Shown: positions 10,102 through 24,500 of the stretch, in pieces | Numbering within the stretch: the stretch's first letter is position 1 | Layout: the number at the start of each line of letters is the position of its first letter | Assembly (NCBI GenBank): GCA_964658305.1 | Contig: OZ210885.1 | Location: 16,430,001-16,494,000, forward strand | Direction of reading: 5' to 3' | Length of the DNA stretch: 64,000 bases | Origin: Leptogorgia sarmentosa | Lineage: Eukaryota | The notes under the pieces: generated by a model | Told to the model about the DNA's origin: nothing | What the model saw: only the letters and a program-made list of their open reading frames with translations | Databases searched by the model: none | Translations under genes and position numbers: made by a program

Positions 10102-11668
10102 GCTTCATTTTATTGTATGTGTGTTTGTAAATAGGTTTGCTTTCAATGTAAACTTCAGGGATTTTGTTATTGCTACATCTGGAAATACTTTGTATTGTTG
10201 TTTTCCTAAATGTTATTTAATGCCTATTTGTAAATATAATTCCTTTCAATTTCAACTTCAGGGTTTTGTTATTGTTACACATTTAAAAAGTGTAACTTGC
10301 ATCAACAAATGTCTACGACCGTACGAGTAGGAAAATACCGGTTCTCGTCTGATCACCGAAGTTAAGCCTAGGTGGGCAAAGTTAGTACTTGGATGGGTGA
10401 CTACCTGCGAATACTTTGTGTTGTAGACTTGCTTCATTTTATTGTATGTGTGTTTGTAAATATAATTCCTTTCAATCTCAACTTCAGGGTTTTGTTATTG
10501 TTACACGTTTAAAAAGTGTAACTTCCATCAATAAATGTCTACGACCATACCACTAGGAAAATACCGGTTCTCGTCTGATCACCGAAGTTAAGCCTAGGTG
10601 GGTAAAGTTAGCAGTTGGATGGGTGACCACCTGGGAATACTTTGCGTTGTAGACTTGCTTCATTTTGTTGTATGTGTGTTTGTAAGTAGGTTTGCTTTCA
10701 ATTTCAACTTCAGGGTTTTGTTATTGTTACACGTTTAAAAAGTGTAACTTCCATCAACAAATGTCTACGACCATACCAGTAGGAAAATACCGGTTCTCGT
10801 CTGATCACCGAAGTTAAGCCTAGGTGGGGAAAGTTAGTACTTGGATGGGTGACTACCTGGGAATACTTTGTGTTGTAGACTTGCTTCATTTTATTGTTTG
10901 TGTGTTTGTAAATAGGTTTGCTTTCAATTTCAACTTCAGGGTTTTGTTATTGTTACACGTTTAAAAAGTGTAACTTCCATCAACAAATGTCTACGACCAT
11001 ACCAGTAGGAAAATACCGGTTCTCGTCTGATCACCGAAGTTAAGCCTAGGTGGGCAAAGTTAGTACTTGGATGGGTGACCACCTGGGAATACTTTGTGTT
11101 GTAGACTTGCTTCATTTTGTTGTATGTGTGTTTGTAAGTAGGTTTGCTTTCAATTTCAACTTCAGGGTTTTGTTATTGTTACACGTTTAAAAAGTGTAAC
11201 TTCCATCAACAAATGTCTACGACCATACCAGTAGGAAAATACCGGTTCTCGTCTGATCACCGAAGTTAAGCCTAGGTGGGCAAAGTTAGTACTTGGATGG
11301 GTGACTACCTGGGAATACTTTGTGTTGTAGACTTGCTTCATTTTATTGTATGTGTGTTTGTAAATAGGTTTGCTTTCAATTTCAACTTCAGGGTTTTGTT
11401 ATTAATACACACGTTTAAAAAGTGTAACTTCCATCAACAAATGTCTACAACCATACCAGTAGGAAAATACCGGTTCTCGTCTGATCACCGAAGTTAGGCC
11501 TAGGTGGGAAAAGTTAGTACTTGGATGGGTGACCACCTGGGAATACTTTGTGTTGTAGACTTGCTTCATTTTATTGTATGTGTGTTTGTAAATAGGTTTG
11601 CTTTCAATTTCAACTTCAGGGTTTTGTTATTGTTACACGTTTAAAAAGTGTAACTTCCATCAACAAAT

Positions 11669-11799
11669 GTCTACCACCATACCAGTAGGAAAATACCGGT
11701 TCTCGTCTGATCACCGAAGTAAAGCCTAGGTAAAGCCTAGGTGGGCAAAGTTAGTACTTGGATGGGTGACCACCTGGGAATACTTTGTGTTGTAGACTT
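11669..11799 (+). pseudogene. 5S copy with an 11-bp tandem duplication in box A/helix II (second copy at 18176-18306)
   Basis: GTAAAGCCTAG occurs twice at 11719-11740 and at 18226-18247. These copies also carry G7C and T53A. Confidence 0.75.
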
Positions 11800-12460
11800 G
11801 CTTCATTTTATTGTATGTGTGTTTGTAAGTAGGTTTGCTTTCAATTTCAACTTCAGGGTTTTGTTATTGTTACACGTTTAAAAAGTGTAAGTTCCATCAA
11901 CAAATGTTTACGACCATACCAGTAGGAAAATACCGGTTCTCGTCTGATCACCGAAGTTAAGCCTAGGTGGGCAAAGTTAGTACTTGGATGGGTGACGACC
12001 TGGGAATACTTTGTGTTGTAGACTTGCTTCATTTTATTGTATGTGTGTTTGTAAATAGGTTTGCTTTCAATTTCAACTTCAGGGTTTTGTTATTGTTACA
12101 CATTTAAAAAGTGTAACTTCCATCAACAATTGTCTACGACCATACCAGTAGGAAAATACCGGTTCTTGTCTGATCACCGAAGTTAAGCCTAGGTGGGCAA
12201 AGTTAGTACTTGGATGGGTGACCACCTGGGAATACTTTGTCTTGTAGACTTGCTTCATTTTATTGTATGTGTGTTTGTAAATAGGTTTGCTTTCAATGTA
12301 AACTTCAGGGATTTTGTTATTGCTACATCTGGAAATACTTTGTATTGTTGTTTTCCTAAATGTTATTTAATGCCTATTTGTAAATATAATTCCTTTCAAT
12401 TTCAACTTCAGGGTTTTGTTGTTGTTACACATTTAAAAAGTGTAACTTCCATCAACAAAT

Positions 12461-12580
12461 GTCTACGACCGTACGAGTAGGAAAATACCGGTTCTCGTCT
12501 GATCACCGAAGTTAAGCCTAGGTGGGCAAAGTTAGTAGTTGGATGGGTGACCACCTGGTAATACTTTTTGTTGTAGACTT
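12461..12580 (+). pseudogene. Degenerate 5S copy (A11G, C15G, C78G, G99T, G108T) with an internal T5 run; sisters at 13468, 18968, 19975, 21208
   Basis: Reads CCTGGTAATACTTTTTGTTG, which breaks pairs in helices II, IV and V and changes loop E. Confidence 0.75.
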
Positions 12581-15500
12581 GCTTCATTTTATTGTATGGG
12601 TGTTTGTAAATAGGTTTCCTTTCAATTTCTATTTCAGGGTTTTGTTATTGTTACACGTTTAAAAAGTGTTACTTCCATCAACAATTGTCTACGATGATAC
12701 CAGTAGGAAAATACCGGTTCTCGTCTGATCACCGAAGTTAAGCCTAGGTGGGCAAAGTTAGTACTTGGATGGGTGACTACCTGAGAATACTTTGTGTTGT
12801 AGACTTGCTTCATTTTATTGTATGTGTCTTTGTAAATATAATTCCTTTCAATTTCAACTTCAGGGTTTTGTTATTGTTACACGTTTAAAAAGTGTAACTT
12901 CCATCAACAAATGTCTACGACCATACCACTAGGAAAATACCAGTTCTCGTCTGATCACCGAAGTTAAGCTTAGGTGGGAAAAGTTAGTACTTGGATGGGT
13001 GACCACCTGGGAATACTTTGTGTTGTAGATTTGCTTCATTTTATTGTATGTGTGTTTTTAAATAGGTTTGCTTTCAATTTCAACTTCAGGGTTTTGTTAT
13101 TGTTACACGTTTAAAAAGTGTTACTTCCATCAACAATTGTCTACGACCATACCAGTAGGAAAATACCGGTTCTTGTCTGATCACCGAAGTTAAGCCTAGG
13201 TGGACAAAGTTAGGACTTGGATGGGTGACCACCTGGGAATACTTTGTCTTGTAGACTTGCTTCATTTTATTGTATGTGTGTTTGTAAATAGGTTTGCTTT
13301 CAATGTAAACTTCAGGGATTTTGTTATTGCTACATCTGGAAATACTTTGTATTGTTGTTTTCCTAAATGTTATTTAATGCCTATTTGTAAATATAATTCC
13401 TTTCAATTTCAACTTCAGGGTTTTGTTGTTGTTACACATTTAAAAAGTGTAACTTCCATCAACAAATGTCTACGACCGTACGAGTAGGAAAATACCGGTT
13501 CTCGTCTGATCACCGAAGTTAAGCCTAGGTGGGCAACGTTAGTAGTTGGATGGGTGACCACCTGGTAATACTTTTTGTTGTAGACTTGCTTCATTTCATT
13601 GTATGTGTGTTTGTAAATAGGTTTCTTTTCAATTTCTATTTCAGGGTTTTATTATTGTTACACGTTTAAAAAGTGTTACTTCCATCAACAATTGTCTACG
13701 ATGATACCAGTAGGAAAATACCGGTTCTCGTCTGATCACCGAAGTTAAGCCTAGGTGGGAAAAGTTAGTACTTGGATGGGTGACCACCTGGGAATACTTT
13801 GTGTTGTAGACTTCCTTCATTTTATTGTATGTGTGTTTGTAAATAGGTTTGCTTTCAATTTCAACTTCAGGGTTTTGTTATTGTTACACGTTTAAAAAGT
13901 GTAACTTCCATCAACAAATGTCTACCACCATACCAGTAGGAAAATACCGGTTCTCGTCTGATCACCGAAGTTAGGCCTAGGTGGGAAAAGTTAGTACTTG
14001 GATGGGTGACCACCTGGGAATACTTTGTGTTGTAGACTTGCTTCATTTTATTGTATGTGTGTTTGTAAATAGGTTTGCTTTCAATTTCAACTTCAGGGTT
14101 TTGTTATTGTTACACGTTTAAAAAGTGTAACTTCCATCAACAAATGTCTACGACCATACCAGTAGGAAAATACCGGTTCTCGTCTGATCACCGAAGTTAA
14201 GCCTAGGTGGGCAAAGTTACTACTTGGATGGGTGACCACCTGGGAATACTTTGTGTTGTAGACTTGCTTCATTTTGTTGTATGTGTGTTTGTAAGTAGGT
14301 TTGCTTTCAATTTCAACTTCAGGGTTTTGTTATTGTTACACGTTTAAAAAGTGTAACTTCCATCAACAAATGTCTACGACCATACCAGTAGGAAAATACC
14401 GGTTCTCGTCTGATCACCGAAGTTAAGCCTAGGTGGGCAAAGTTAGTACTTGGATGGGTGACTACCTGGGAATACTTTGTGTTGTAGACTTGCTTCATTT
14501 TATTGTATGTGTGTTTGTAAATAGGTTTGCTTTCAATTTCAACTTCAGGGTTTTGTTATTAATACACACGTTTAAAAAGTGTAACTTCCATCAACAAATG
14601 TCTACGACCATACCACTAGGAAAATACCGGTTCTCGTCTGATCACCGAAGTTAAGCGTAGGTGGGAAAAGTTAGTACTTGGATGGGTGACCACCTGGGAA
14701 TACTTTGTGTTGTAGATTTGCTTCATTTTATTGTATGTGTGTTTTTAAATAGGTTTGCTTTCAATTTCAACTTCAGGGTTTTGTTATTGTTACACGTTTA
14801 AAAAGTGTAACTTCCATCAACAAATGTCTACGACCATACCAGTAGGAAAATACCGGTTCTCGTCTGATCACTGAAGTTAGGCCTAGGTAGGCAAAGTTAG
14901 TACTTGGATGGGTGACCACCTGGGAATACTTTGTGTTGTAGACTTGCTTCATTTTATTGTATGTGTGTTTGTAAATAGGTTTGCTTTCAATGTAAACTTC
15001 AGGGATTTTGTTATTGCTACATCTGGAAATACTTTGTATTGTTGTTTTGCTAAATGTTATTTAATGCCTATTTGTAAATATAATTCCTTTCAATTTCAAC
15101 TTCAGGGTTCTGTTATTGTTACACGTTTAAAAAGTGTAACTTCCATCAACAAATGCCTACGACCGTACGAGTAGGAAAATACCGGTTCTCGTCTGATCAC
15201 CGAAGTTAAGCCTAGGTGGGTAAAGTTAGCAGTTGGATGGGTGACCACCTGGGAATACTTTGCGTTGTAGACTTGCTTCATTTTGTTGTATGTGTGTTTG
15301 TAAGTAGGTTTGCTTTCAATTTCAACTTCAGGGTTTTGTTATTGTTACACGTTTAAAAAGTGTAACTTCCATCAACAAATGTCTACGACCATACCAGTAG
15401 GAAAATACCGGTTCTCGTCTGATCACCGAAGTTAAGTCTAGGTGGGCAAAGTTAGTACTTGGATGGGTGACTACCTGGGAATACTTTGTGTTGTAGACTT

Positions 15501-18500
15501 GCTTCATTTTATTGTTTGTGTGTTTGTAAATAGGTTTGCTTTCAATTTCAACTTCAGGGTTTTGTTATTGTTACACGTTTAAAAAGTGTAACTTCCATCA
15601 ACAAATGTCTACAACCATACCAGTAGGAAAATACCGGTTCTCGTCTGATCACCGAAGTTAAGCCTAGGTGGGAAAAGTTAGTACTTGGATGGGTGACCAC
15701 CTGGGAATACTTTGTGTTGTAGACTTGCTTCATTTTATTGTATGTGTGTTTGTAAATAGGTTTGCTTTCAATTTCAACTTCAGGGATTTTGTTATTGCTA
15801 CATCTGGAAATACTTTGTATTGTTGTTTTGCTAAATGTTATTTAATGCCTATTTGTAAATATAATTCCTTTCAACTTCAACTTCAGGGTTTTGTTATTGT
15901 TACACGTTTAAAAAGTGTAACTTCCATCAACAAGTGTCTACAACCATACCAGTAGGAAAATACCGATTCTCGTCTGATCACCGAAGTTAAGCCTAGGTGG
16001 GCAAAGTTAGTAGTTGGATGGGTGACCACCTGGGAATACTTTGTGTTGTAGACTTGCTTCATTTTGTTGTATGTGTGTTTGTAAGTAGGTTTGCTTTCAA
16101 TTTCAACTTCAGGGTTTTGTTATTGTTACACGTTTAAAAAGTGTAACTTCCATCAATAAATGTCTACGACCATACCAGTAGGAAAATACCGGTTCTCGTC
16201 TGATCACCGAAGTTAGGCCTAGGTGGGAAAAGTTAGTACTTGGATGGGTGACCACCTGGGAATACTTTGTGTTGAAGACTTGCTTCATTTTATTGTATGT
16301 GTGTTTGTAAATAGGTTTGCTTTCAATTTCAACTTCAGGGATTTTGTTATTGCTACATCTGGAAATATTTTGTATTGTTGTTTTGCTAAATGTTATTTAA
16401 TGCCTATTTGTAAATATAATTCCTTTCAACTTCAACTTCAGGGTTTTATTATTGTTACACGTTTAAAAAGTGTAACTTCCATCAACAAGTGTCTACGACC
16501 ATACCAGTAGGAAAATACCGGTTCTCGTCTGATCACCGAAGTTAAGCCTAGGTGGGAAAAGTTAGTACTTGGATGGGTGACCACCTGGGAATACTTTGTG
16601 TTGTAGACTTGCTTCATTTTATTGTATGTGTGTTTGTAAATAGGTTTGCTTTCAATTTCAACTTCAGGGTTTTGTTATTGTTACACGTTTAAAAAGTGTA
16701 ACTTCCATCAACAAATGTCTACGACCATACCAGTAGGAAAATACCGGTTCTCGTCTGATCACCGAAGTTAAGCCTAGGTGGGCAAAGTTAGTACTTGGAT
16801 GGGTGACCACCTGGGAATACTTTGTGTTGTAGACTTGCTTCATTTTATTGTATGTGTGTTTGTAAATAGGTTTGCTTTCAATGTAAACTTCAGGGATTTT
16901 GTTATTGCTACATCTGGAAATACTTTGTATTGTTGTTTTCCTAAATGTTATTTAATGCCTATTTGTAAATATAATTCCTTTCAATTTCAACTTCAGGGTT
17001 TTGTTATTGTTACACATTTAAAAAGTGTAACTTGCATCAACAAATGTCTACGACCGTACGAGTAGGAAAATACCGGTTCTCGTCTGATCACCGAAGTTAA
17101 GCCTAGGTGGGCAAAGTTAGTACTTGGATGGGTGACTACCTGCGAATACTTTGTGTTGTAGACTTGCTTCATTTTATTGTATGTGTGTTTGTAAATATAA
17201 TTCCTTTCAATCTCAACTTCAGGGTTTTGTTATTGTTACACGTTTAAAAAGTGTAACTTCCATCAATAAATGTCTACGACCATACCACTAGGAAAATACC
17301 GGTTCTCGTCTGATCACCGAAGTTAAGCCTAGGTGGGTAAAGTTAGCAGTTGGATGGGTGACCACCTGGGAATACTTTGCGTTGTAGACTTGCTTCATTT
17401 TGTTGTATGTGTGTTTGTAAGTAGGTTTGCTTTCAATTTCAACTTCAGGGTTTTGTTATTGTTACACGTTTAAAAAGTGTAACTTCCATCAACAAATGTC
17501 TACGACCATACCAGTAGGAAAATACCGGTTCTCGTCTGATCACCGAAGTTAAGCCTAGGTGGGGAAAGTTAGTACTTGGATGGGTGACTACCTGGGAATA
17601 CTTTGTGTTGTAGACTTGCTTCATTTTATTGTTTGTGTGTTTGTAAATAGGTTTGCTTTCAATTTCAACTTCAGGGTTTTGTTATTGTTACACGTTTAAA
17701 AAGTGTAACTTCCATCAACAAATGTCTACGACCATACCAGTAGGAAAATACAGGTTCTCGTCTGATCACCGAAGTTAAGCCTAGGTGGGCAAAGTTAGTA
17801 CTTGGATGGGTGACCACCTGGGAATACTTTGTGTTGTAGACTTGCTTCATTTTGTTGTATGTGTGTTTGTAAGTAGGTTTGCTTTCAATTTCAACTTCAG
17901 GGTTTTGTTATTGTTACACGTTTAAAAAGTGTAACTTCCATCAACAAATGTCTACGACCATACCAGTAGGAAAATACCGGTTCTCGTCTGATCACCGAAG
18001 TTAGGCCTAGGTGGGAAAAGTTAGTACTTGGATGGGTGACCACCTGGGAATACTTTGTGTTGTAGACTTGCTTCATTTTATTGTATGTGTGTTTGTAAAT
18101 AGGTTTGCTTTCAATTTCAACTTCAGGGTTTTGTTATTGTTACACGTTTAAAAAGTGTAACTTCCATCAACAAATGTCTACCACCATACCAGTAGGAAAA
18201 TACCGGTTCTCGTCTGATCACCGAAGTAAAGCCTAGGTAAAGCCTAGGTGGGCAAAGTTAGTACTTGGATGGGTGACCACCTGGGAATACTTTGTGTTGT
18301 AGACTTGCTTCATTTTATTGTATGTGTGTTTGTAAGTAGGTTTGCTTTCAATTTCAACTTCAGGGTTTTGTTATTGTTACACGTTTAAAAAGTGTAAGTT
18401 CCATCAACAAATGTTTACGACCATACCAGTAGGAAAATACCGGTTCTCGTCTGATCACCGAAGTTAAGCCTAGGTGGGCAAAGTTAGTACTTGGATGGGT

Positions 18501-21500
18501 GACGACCTGGGAATACTTTGTGTTGTAGACTTGCTTCATTTTATTGTATGTGTGTTTGTAAATAGGTTTGCTTTCAATTTCAACTTCAGGGTTTTGTTAT
18601 TGTTACACATTTAAAAAGTGTAACTTCCATCAACAATTGTCTACGACCATACCAGTAGGAAAATACCGGTTCTTGTCTGATCACCGAAGTTAAGCCTAGG
18701 TGGGCAAAGTTAGTACTTGGATGGGTGACCACCTGGGAATACTTTGTCTTGTAGACTTGCTTCATTTTATTGTATGTGTGTTTGTAAATAGGTTTGCTTT
18801 CAATGTAAACTTCAGGGATTTTGTTATTGCTACATCTGGAAATACTTTGTATTGTTGTTTTCCTAAATGTTATTTAATGCCTATTTGTAAATATAATTCC
18901 TTTCAATTTCAACTTCAGGGTTTTGTTGTTGTTACACATTTAAAAAGTGTAACTTCCATCAACAAATGTCTACGACCGTACGAGTAGGAAAATACCGGTT
19001 CTCGTCTGATCACCGAAGTTAAGCCTAGGTGGGCAAAGTTAGTAGTTGGATGGGTGACCACCTGGTAATACTTTTTGTTGTAGACTTGCTTCATTTTATT
19101 GTATGTGTGTTTGTAAATAGGTTTCCTTTCAATTTCTATTTCAGGGTTTTGTTATTGTTACACGTTTAAAAAGTGTTACTTCCATCAACAATTGTCTACG
19201 ATGATACCAGTAGGAAAATACCGGTTCCCGTCTGATCACCGAAGTTAAGCCTAGGTGGGCAAAGTTAGTACTTGGATGGGTGACTACCTGAGAATACTTT
19301 GTGTTGTAGACTTGCTTCATTTTATTGTATGTGTCTTTGTAAATATAATTCCTTTCAATTTCAACTTCAGGGTTTTGTTATTGTTACACGTTTAAAAAGT
19401 GTAACTTCCATCAACAAATGTCTACGACCATACCACTAGGAAAATACCAGTTCTCGTCTGATCACCGAAGTTAAGCTTAGGTGGGAAAAGTTAGTACTTG
19501 GATGGGTGACCACCTGGGAATACTTTGTGTTGTAGATTTGCTTCATTTTATTGTATGTGTGTTTTTAAATAGGTTTGCTTTCAATTTCAACTTCAGGGTT
19601 TTGTTATTGTTACACGTTTAAAAAGTGTTACTTCCATCAACAATTGTCTACGACCATACCAGTAGGAAAATACCGGTTCTTGTCTGATCACCGAAGTTAA
19701 GCCTAGGTGGGCAAAGTTAGGACTTGGATGGGTGACCACCTGGGAATACTTTGTCTTGTAGACTTGCTTCATTTTATTGTATGTGTGTTTGTAAATAGGT
19801 TTGCTTTCAATGTAAACTTCAGGGATTTTGTTATTGCTACATCTGGAAATACTTTGTATTGTTGTTTTCCTAAATGTTATTTAATGCCTATTTGTAAATA
19901 TAATTCCTTTCAATTTCAACTTCAGGGTTTTGTTGTTGTTACACATTTAAAAAGTGTAACTTCCATCAACAAATGTCTACGACCGTACGAGTAGGAAAAT
20001 ACCGGTTCTCGTCTGATCACCGAAGTTAAGCCTAGGTGGGCAACGTTAGTAGTTGGATGGGTGACCACCTGGTAATACTTTTTGTTGTAGACTTGCTTCA
20101 TTTTATTGTATGTGTGTTTGTAAATAGGTTTCTTTTCAATTTCTATTTCAGGGTTTTATTATTGTTACACGTTTAAAAAGTGTTACTTCCATCAACAATT
20201 GTCTACGATGATACCAGTAGGAAAATACCGGTTCTCGTCTGATCACCGAAGTTAAGCCTAGGTGGGAAAAGTTAGTACTTGGATGGGTGACCACCTGGGA
20301 ATACTTTGTGTTGTAGACTTCCTTCATTTTATTGTATGTGTGTTTGTAAATAGGTTTGCTTTCAATTTCAACTTCAGGGTTTTGTTATTGTTACACGTTT
20401 AAAAAGTGTAACTTCCATCAACAAATGTCTACCACCATACCAGTAGGAAAATACCGGTTCTCGTCTGATCACCGAAGTTAGGCCTAGGTGGGAAAAGTTA
20501 GTACTTGGATGGGTGACCACCTGGGAATACTTTGTGTTGTAGACTTGCTTCATTTTATTGTATGTGTGTTTGTAAATAGGTTTGCTTTCAATTTCAACTT
20601 CAGGGTTTTGTTATTGTTACACGTTTAAAAAGTGTAACTTCCATCAACAAATGTCTACGACCATACCAGTAGGAAAATACCGGTTCTCGTCTGATCACCG
20701 AAGTTAAGCCTAGGTGGGCAAAGTTAGTACTTGGATGGGTGACTACCTGGGAATACTTTGTGTTGTAGACTTGCTTCATTTTATTGTATGTGTGTTTGTA
20801 AATAGGTTTGCTTTCAATTTCAACTTCAGGGTTTTGTTATTGTTACACGTTTAAAAAGTGTAACTTCCATCAACAAATGTCTACGACCATACCAGTAGGA
20901 AAATACCGGTTCTTGTCTGATCACCGAAGTTAAGCCTAGGTGGGCAAAGTTAGGACTTGGATGGGTGACCACCTGGGAATACTTTGTCTTGTACACTTGC
21001 TTCATTTTATTGTATGTGTGTTTGTAAATAGGTTTGCTTTCAATGTAAACTTCAGGGATTTTGTTATTGCTACATCTGGAAATACTTTGTATTGTTGTTT
21101 TCCTAAATGTTATTTAATGCCTATTTGTAAATATAATTCCTTTCAATTTCAACTTCAGGGTTTTGTTGTTGTTACACATTTAAAAAGTGTAACTTCCATC
21201 AACAAATGTCTACGACCGTACGAGTAGGAAAATACCGGTTCTCGTCTGATCACCGAAGTTAAGCCTAGGTGGGCAAAGTTAGTAGTTGGATGGGTGACCA
21301 CCTGGTAATACTTTTTGTTGTAGACTTGCTTCATTTTATTGTATGTGTGTTTGTAAATAGGTTTCCTTTCAATTTCTATTTCAGGGTTTTGTTATTGTTA
21401 CACGTTTGAAAAGTGTTACTTCCATCAACAATTGTCTATGATGATACCAGTAGGAAAATACCGGTTCTCGTCTGATCACCGAAGTTAAGCCTAGGTGGGA

Positions 21501-24500
21501 AAAGTTAGTACTTGGATGGGTGACCACCTGGGAATACTTTGTGTTGTAGACTTCCTTCATTTTATTGTATGTGTGTTTGTAAATAGGTTTGCTTTCAATT
21601 TCAACTTCAGGGTTTTGTTATTGCTACATCTGGAAATACTTTGTATTGTTGTTTTGCTAAATGTTATTTAATGCCTATTTGTAAATATAATTCCTTTCAA
21701 CTTCAACTTCAGGGTTTTGTTATTGTTACACGTTTAAAAAGTGTAACTTCCATCAACAAGTGTCTACGACCATACCAGTAGGAAAATACCGGTTCTCGTC
21801 TGATCACCGAAGTTAAGCCTACGTGGGCAAAGTTAGTAGTTGGATGGGTGACCACCTGGGAATACTTTGTGTTGTAGACTTGCTTCATTTTGTTGTATGT
21901 GTGTTTGTAAGTAGGTTTGCTTTCAATTTCAACTTCAGGGTTTTGTTATTGTTACACGTTCAAAAAGTGTAACTTCCATCAACAAATGTCTACGACCATA
22001 CCAGAAGGAAAATACCGGTTCTTGTCTGATCACCGAAGTTAAGCCTAGGTGGGCAAAGTTAGTACTTGGATGGGTGACTACCTGGGAATACTTTGTGTTG
22101 TAGACTTGCTTCATTTTATTGTATGTGTGTTTGTAAATAGGTTTGCTTTCAATTTCAACTTCAGGGTTTTGTTATTGTTACACGTTTAAAAAGTGTAACT
22201 TCCATCAACAAATGTCTACGACCATACCAGTAGGAAAATACCGGTTCTCGTCTGATCACCGAAGTTAAGCCTAGGTGGGCAAAGTTAGTACTTGGATGGG
22301 TGACTACCTGGGAATACTTTGTGTTGTAGACTTGCTTCATTTTATTGTTTGTGTGTTTGTAAATAGGTTTGCTTTCAATTTCAACTTCAGGGTTTTGTTA
22401 TTGTTACACGTTTAAAAAGTGTAACTTCCATCAACAAATGTCTACGACCATACCAGTAGGAAAATACCGGTTCTCGTCTGATCACCGAAGTTAAGCCTAG
22501 GTGGGCAAAGTTAGTACTTGGATGGGTGACTACCTGGGAATACTTTGTGTTGTAGACTTGCTTCATTTTATTGTATGTGTGTTTGTAAATAGGTTTGCTT
22601 TCAATTTGAACTTCAGGGTTTTGTTATTGTTACACGTTTAAAAAGTGTAACTTCCATCAACAAATGTCTACGACCATACCAGTAGGAAAATACCGGTTCT
22701 CGTCTGATCACCGGAGTTAAGCCTAGGTGGGAAAAGTTAGTACTTGGATGGGTGACCACCTGGGAATACTTTGTGTTGTAGACCTCCTTCATTTTATTGT
22801 ATGTGTGTTTGTAAATAGGTTTGCTTTCAATTTCAACTTCAGGGTTTAGTTATTGTTACACGTTTAAAAAGTGTAACTTCCATCAACAAATGTCTACGAC
22901 CATACCAGTAGGAAAATACCGGTTCTCGTCTTATCACCGAAGTTAAGCCTAGGTGGGCAAAGTTAGTACTTGGATGGGTGACCACCTGGGAATACTTTGT
23001 GTTGTAGACTTGCTTCATTTTATTGTATGTATGTTTGTAAATAGGTTTGCTTTCAATGTAAACTTCAGGGATTTTGTTATTGCTACATCTGGAAATACTT
23101 TGTATTGTTGTTTTCCTAAATATTATTTAATGCCTATTTGTAAATATAATTCCTTTCAATTTCAACTTCAGGGTTTTGTTATTGTTACACATTTAAAAAG
23201 TGTAGCTTGCATCAACAAATGTCTACGACCGTACGAGTAGGAAAGTACCGGTTCTCGTCTGATCACCGAAGTTAAGCCTAGGTGGGCAAAGTTAGTACTT
23301 GGATGGGTGACCACCTGGGAATACTTTGTGTTGTAGACTTGCTTCATTTTATTGTATGTGTGTTTGTAAATAGGTTTGCTTTCAATGTAAACTTCAGGCA
23401 TTTTGTTATTGCTACATCTGGAAATACTTTGTATTGTTGTTTTGCTAAATGTTATTTAATGCCTATTTGTAAATATAATTCCTTTCAACTTCAACTTCAG
23501 GGTTTTGTTATTGTTACACGTTTAAAAAGTGTAACTTCCATCAACAAGTGTCTACGACCATACCAGTAGGAAAATACCGGTTCTCGTCTGATCACCGAAG
23601 TTAAGCCTACGTGGGCAAAGTTAGTAGTTGGATGGGTGACCACCTGGGAATACTTTGTGTTGTAGACTTGCTTCATTTTGTTGTATGTGTGTTTGTAAGT
23701 AGGTTTGCTTTCAATTTCAACTTCAGGGTTTTGTTATTGTTACACGTTCAAAAAGTGTAACTTCCATCAACAAATGTCTACGACCATACCAGAAGGAAAA
23801 TACCGGTTCTTGTCTGATCACCGAAGTTAAGCCTAGGTGGGCAAAGTTAGTACTTGGATGGGTGACTACCTGGGAATACTTTGTGTTGTAGACTTGCTTC
23901 ATTTTATTGTATGTGTGTTTGTAAATAGGTTTGCTTTCAATTTCAACTTCAGGGTTTTGTTATTGTTACACGTTTAAAAAGTGTAACTTCCATCAACAAA
24001 TGTCTACGACCATACCAGTAGGAAAATACCGGTTCTCGTCTGATCACCGAAGTTAAGCCTAGGTGGGCAAAGTTAGTACTTGGATGGGTGACTACCTGGG
24101 AATACTTTGTGTTGTAGACTTGCTTCATTTTATTGTTTGTGTGTTTGTAAATAGGTTTGCTTTCAATTTCAACTTCAGGGTTTTGTTATTGTTACACGTT
24201 TAAAAAGTGTAACTTCCATCAACAAATGTCTACAACCATACCAGTAGGAAAATACCGGTTCTCGTCTGATCACCGAAGTTAAGCCTAGGTGGGCAAAGTT
24301 AGTACTTGGATGGGTGACCACCTGGGAATACTTTGTGTTGTAGACTTGCTTCATTTTATTGTATGTGTGTTTGTAAATAGGTTTGCTTTCAATGTAAACT
24401 TCAGGGATTTTGTTATTGCTACATCTGGAAATACTTTGTATTGTTGTTTTCCTAAATATTATTTAATGCCTATTTGTAAATATAATTCCTTTCAATTTCA

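Larger units (their letters stand above)
8880..20700 (+). repeat. Higher-order duplication, offset 6735 then 6507 bp
   Basis: ORF-track starts 8933/15668, 9488/16223 and 10043/16778 differ by 6735. Starts 12193/18700, 13200/19707 and the two 11-bp duplications differ by 6507. Boundaries are approximate. Confidence 0.85.
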
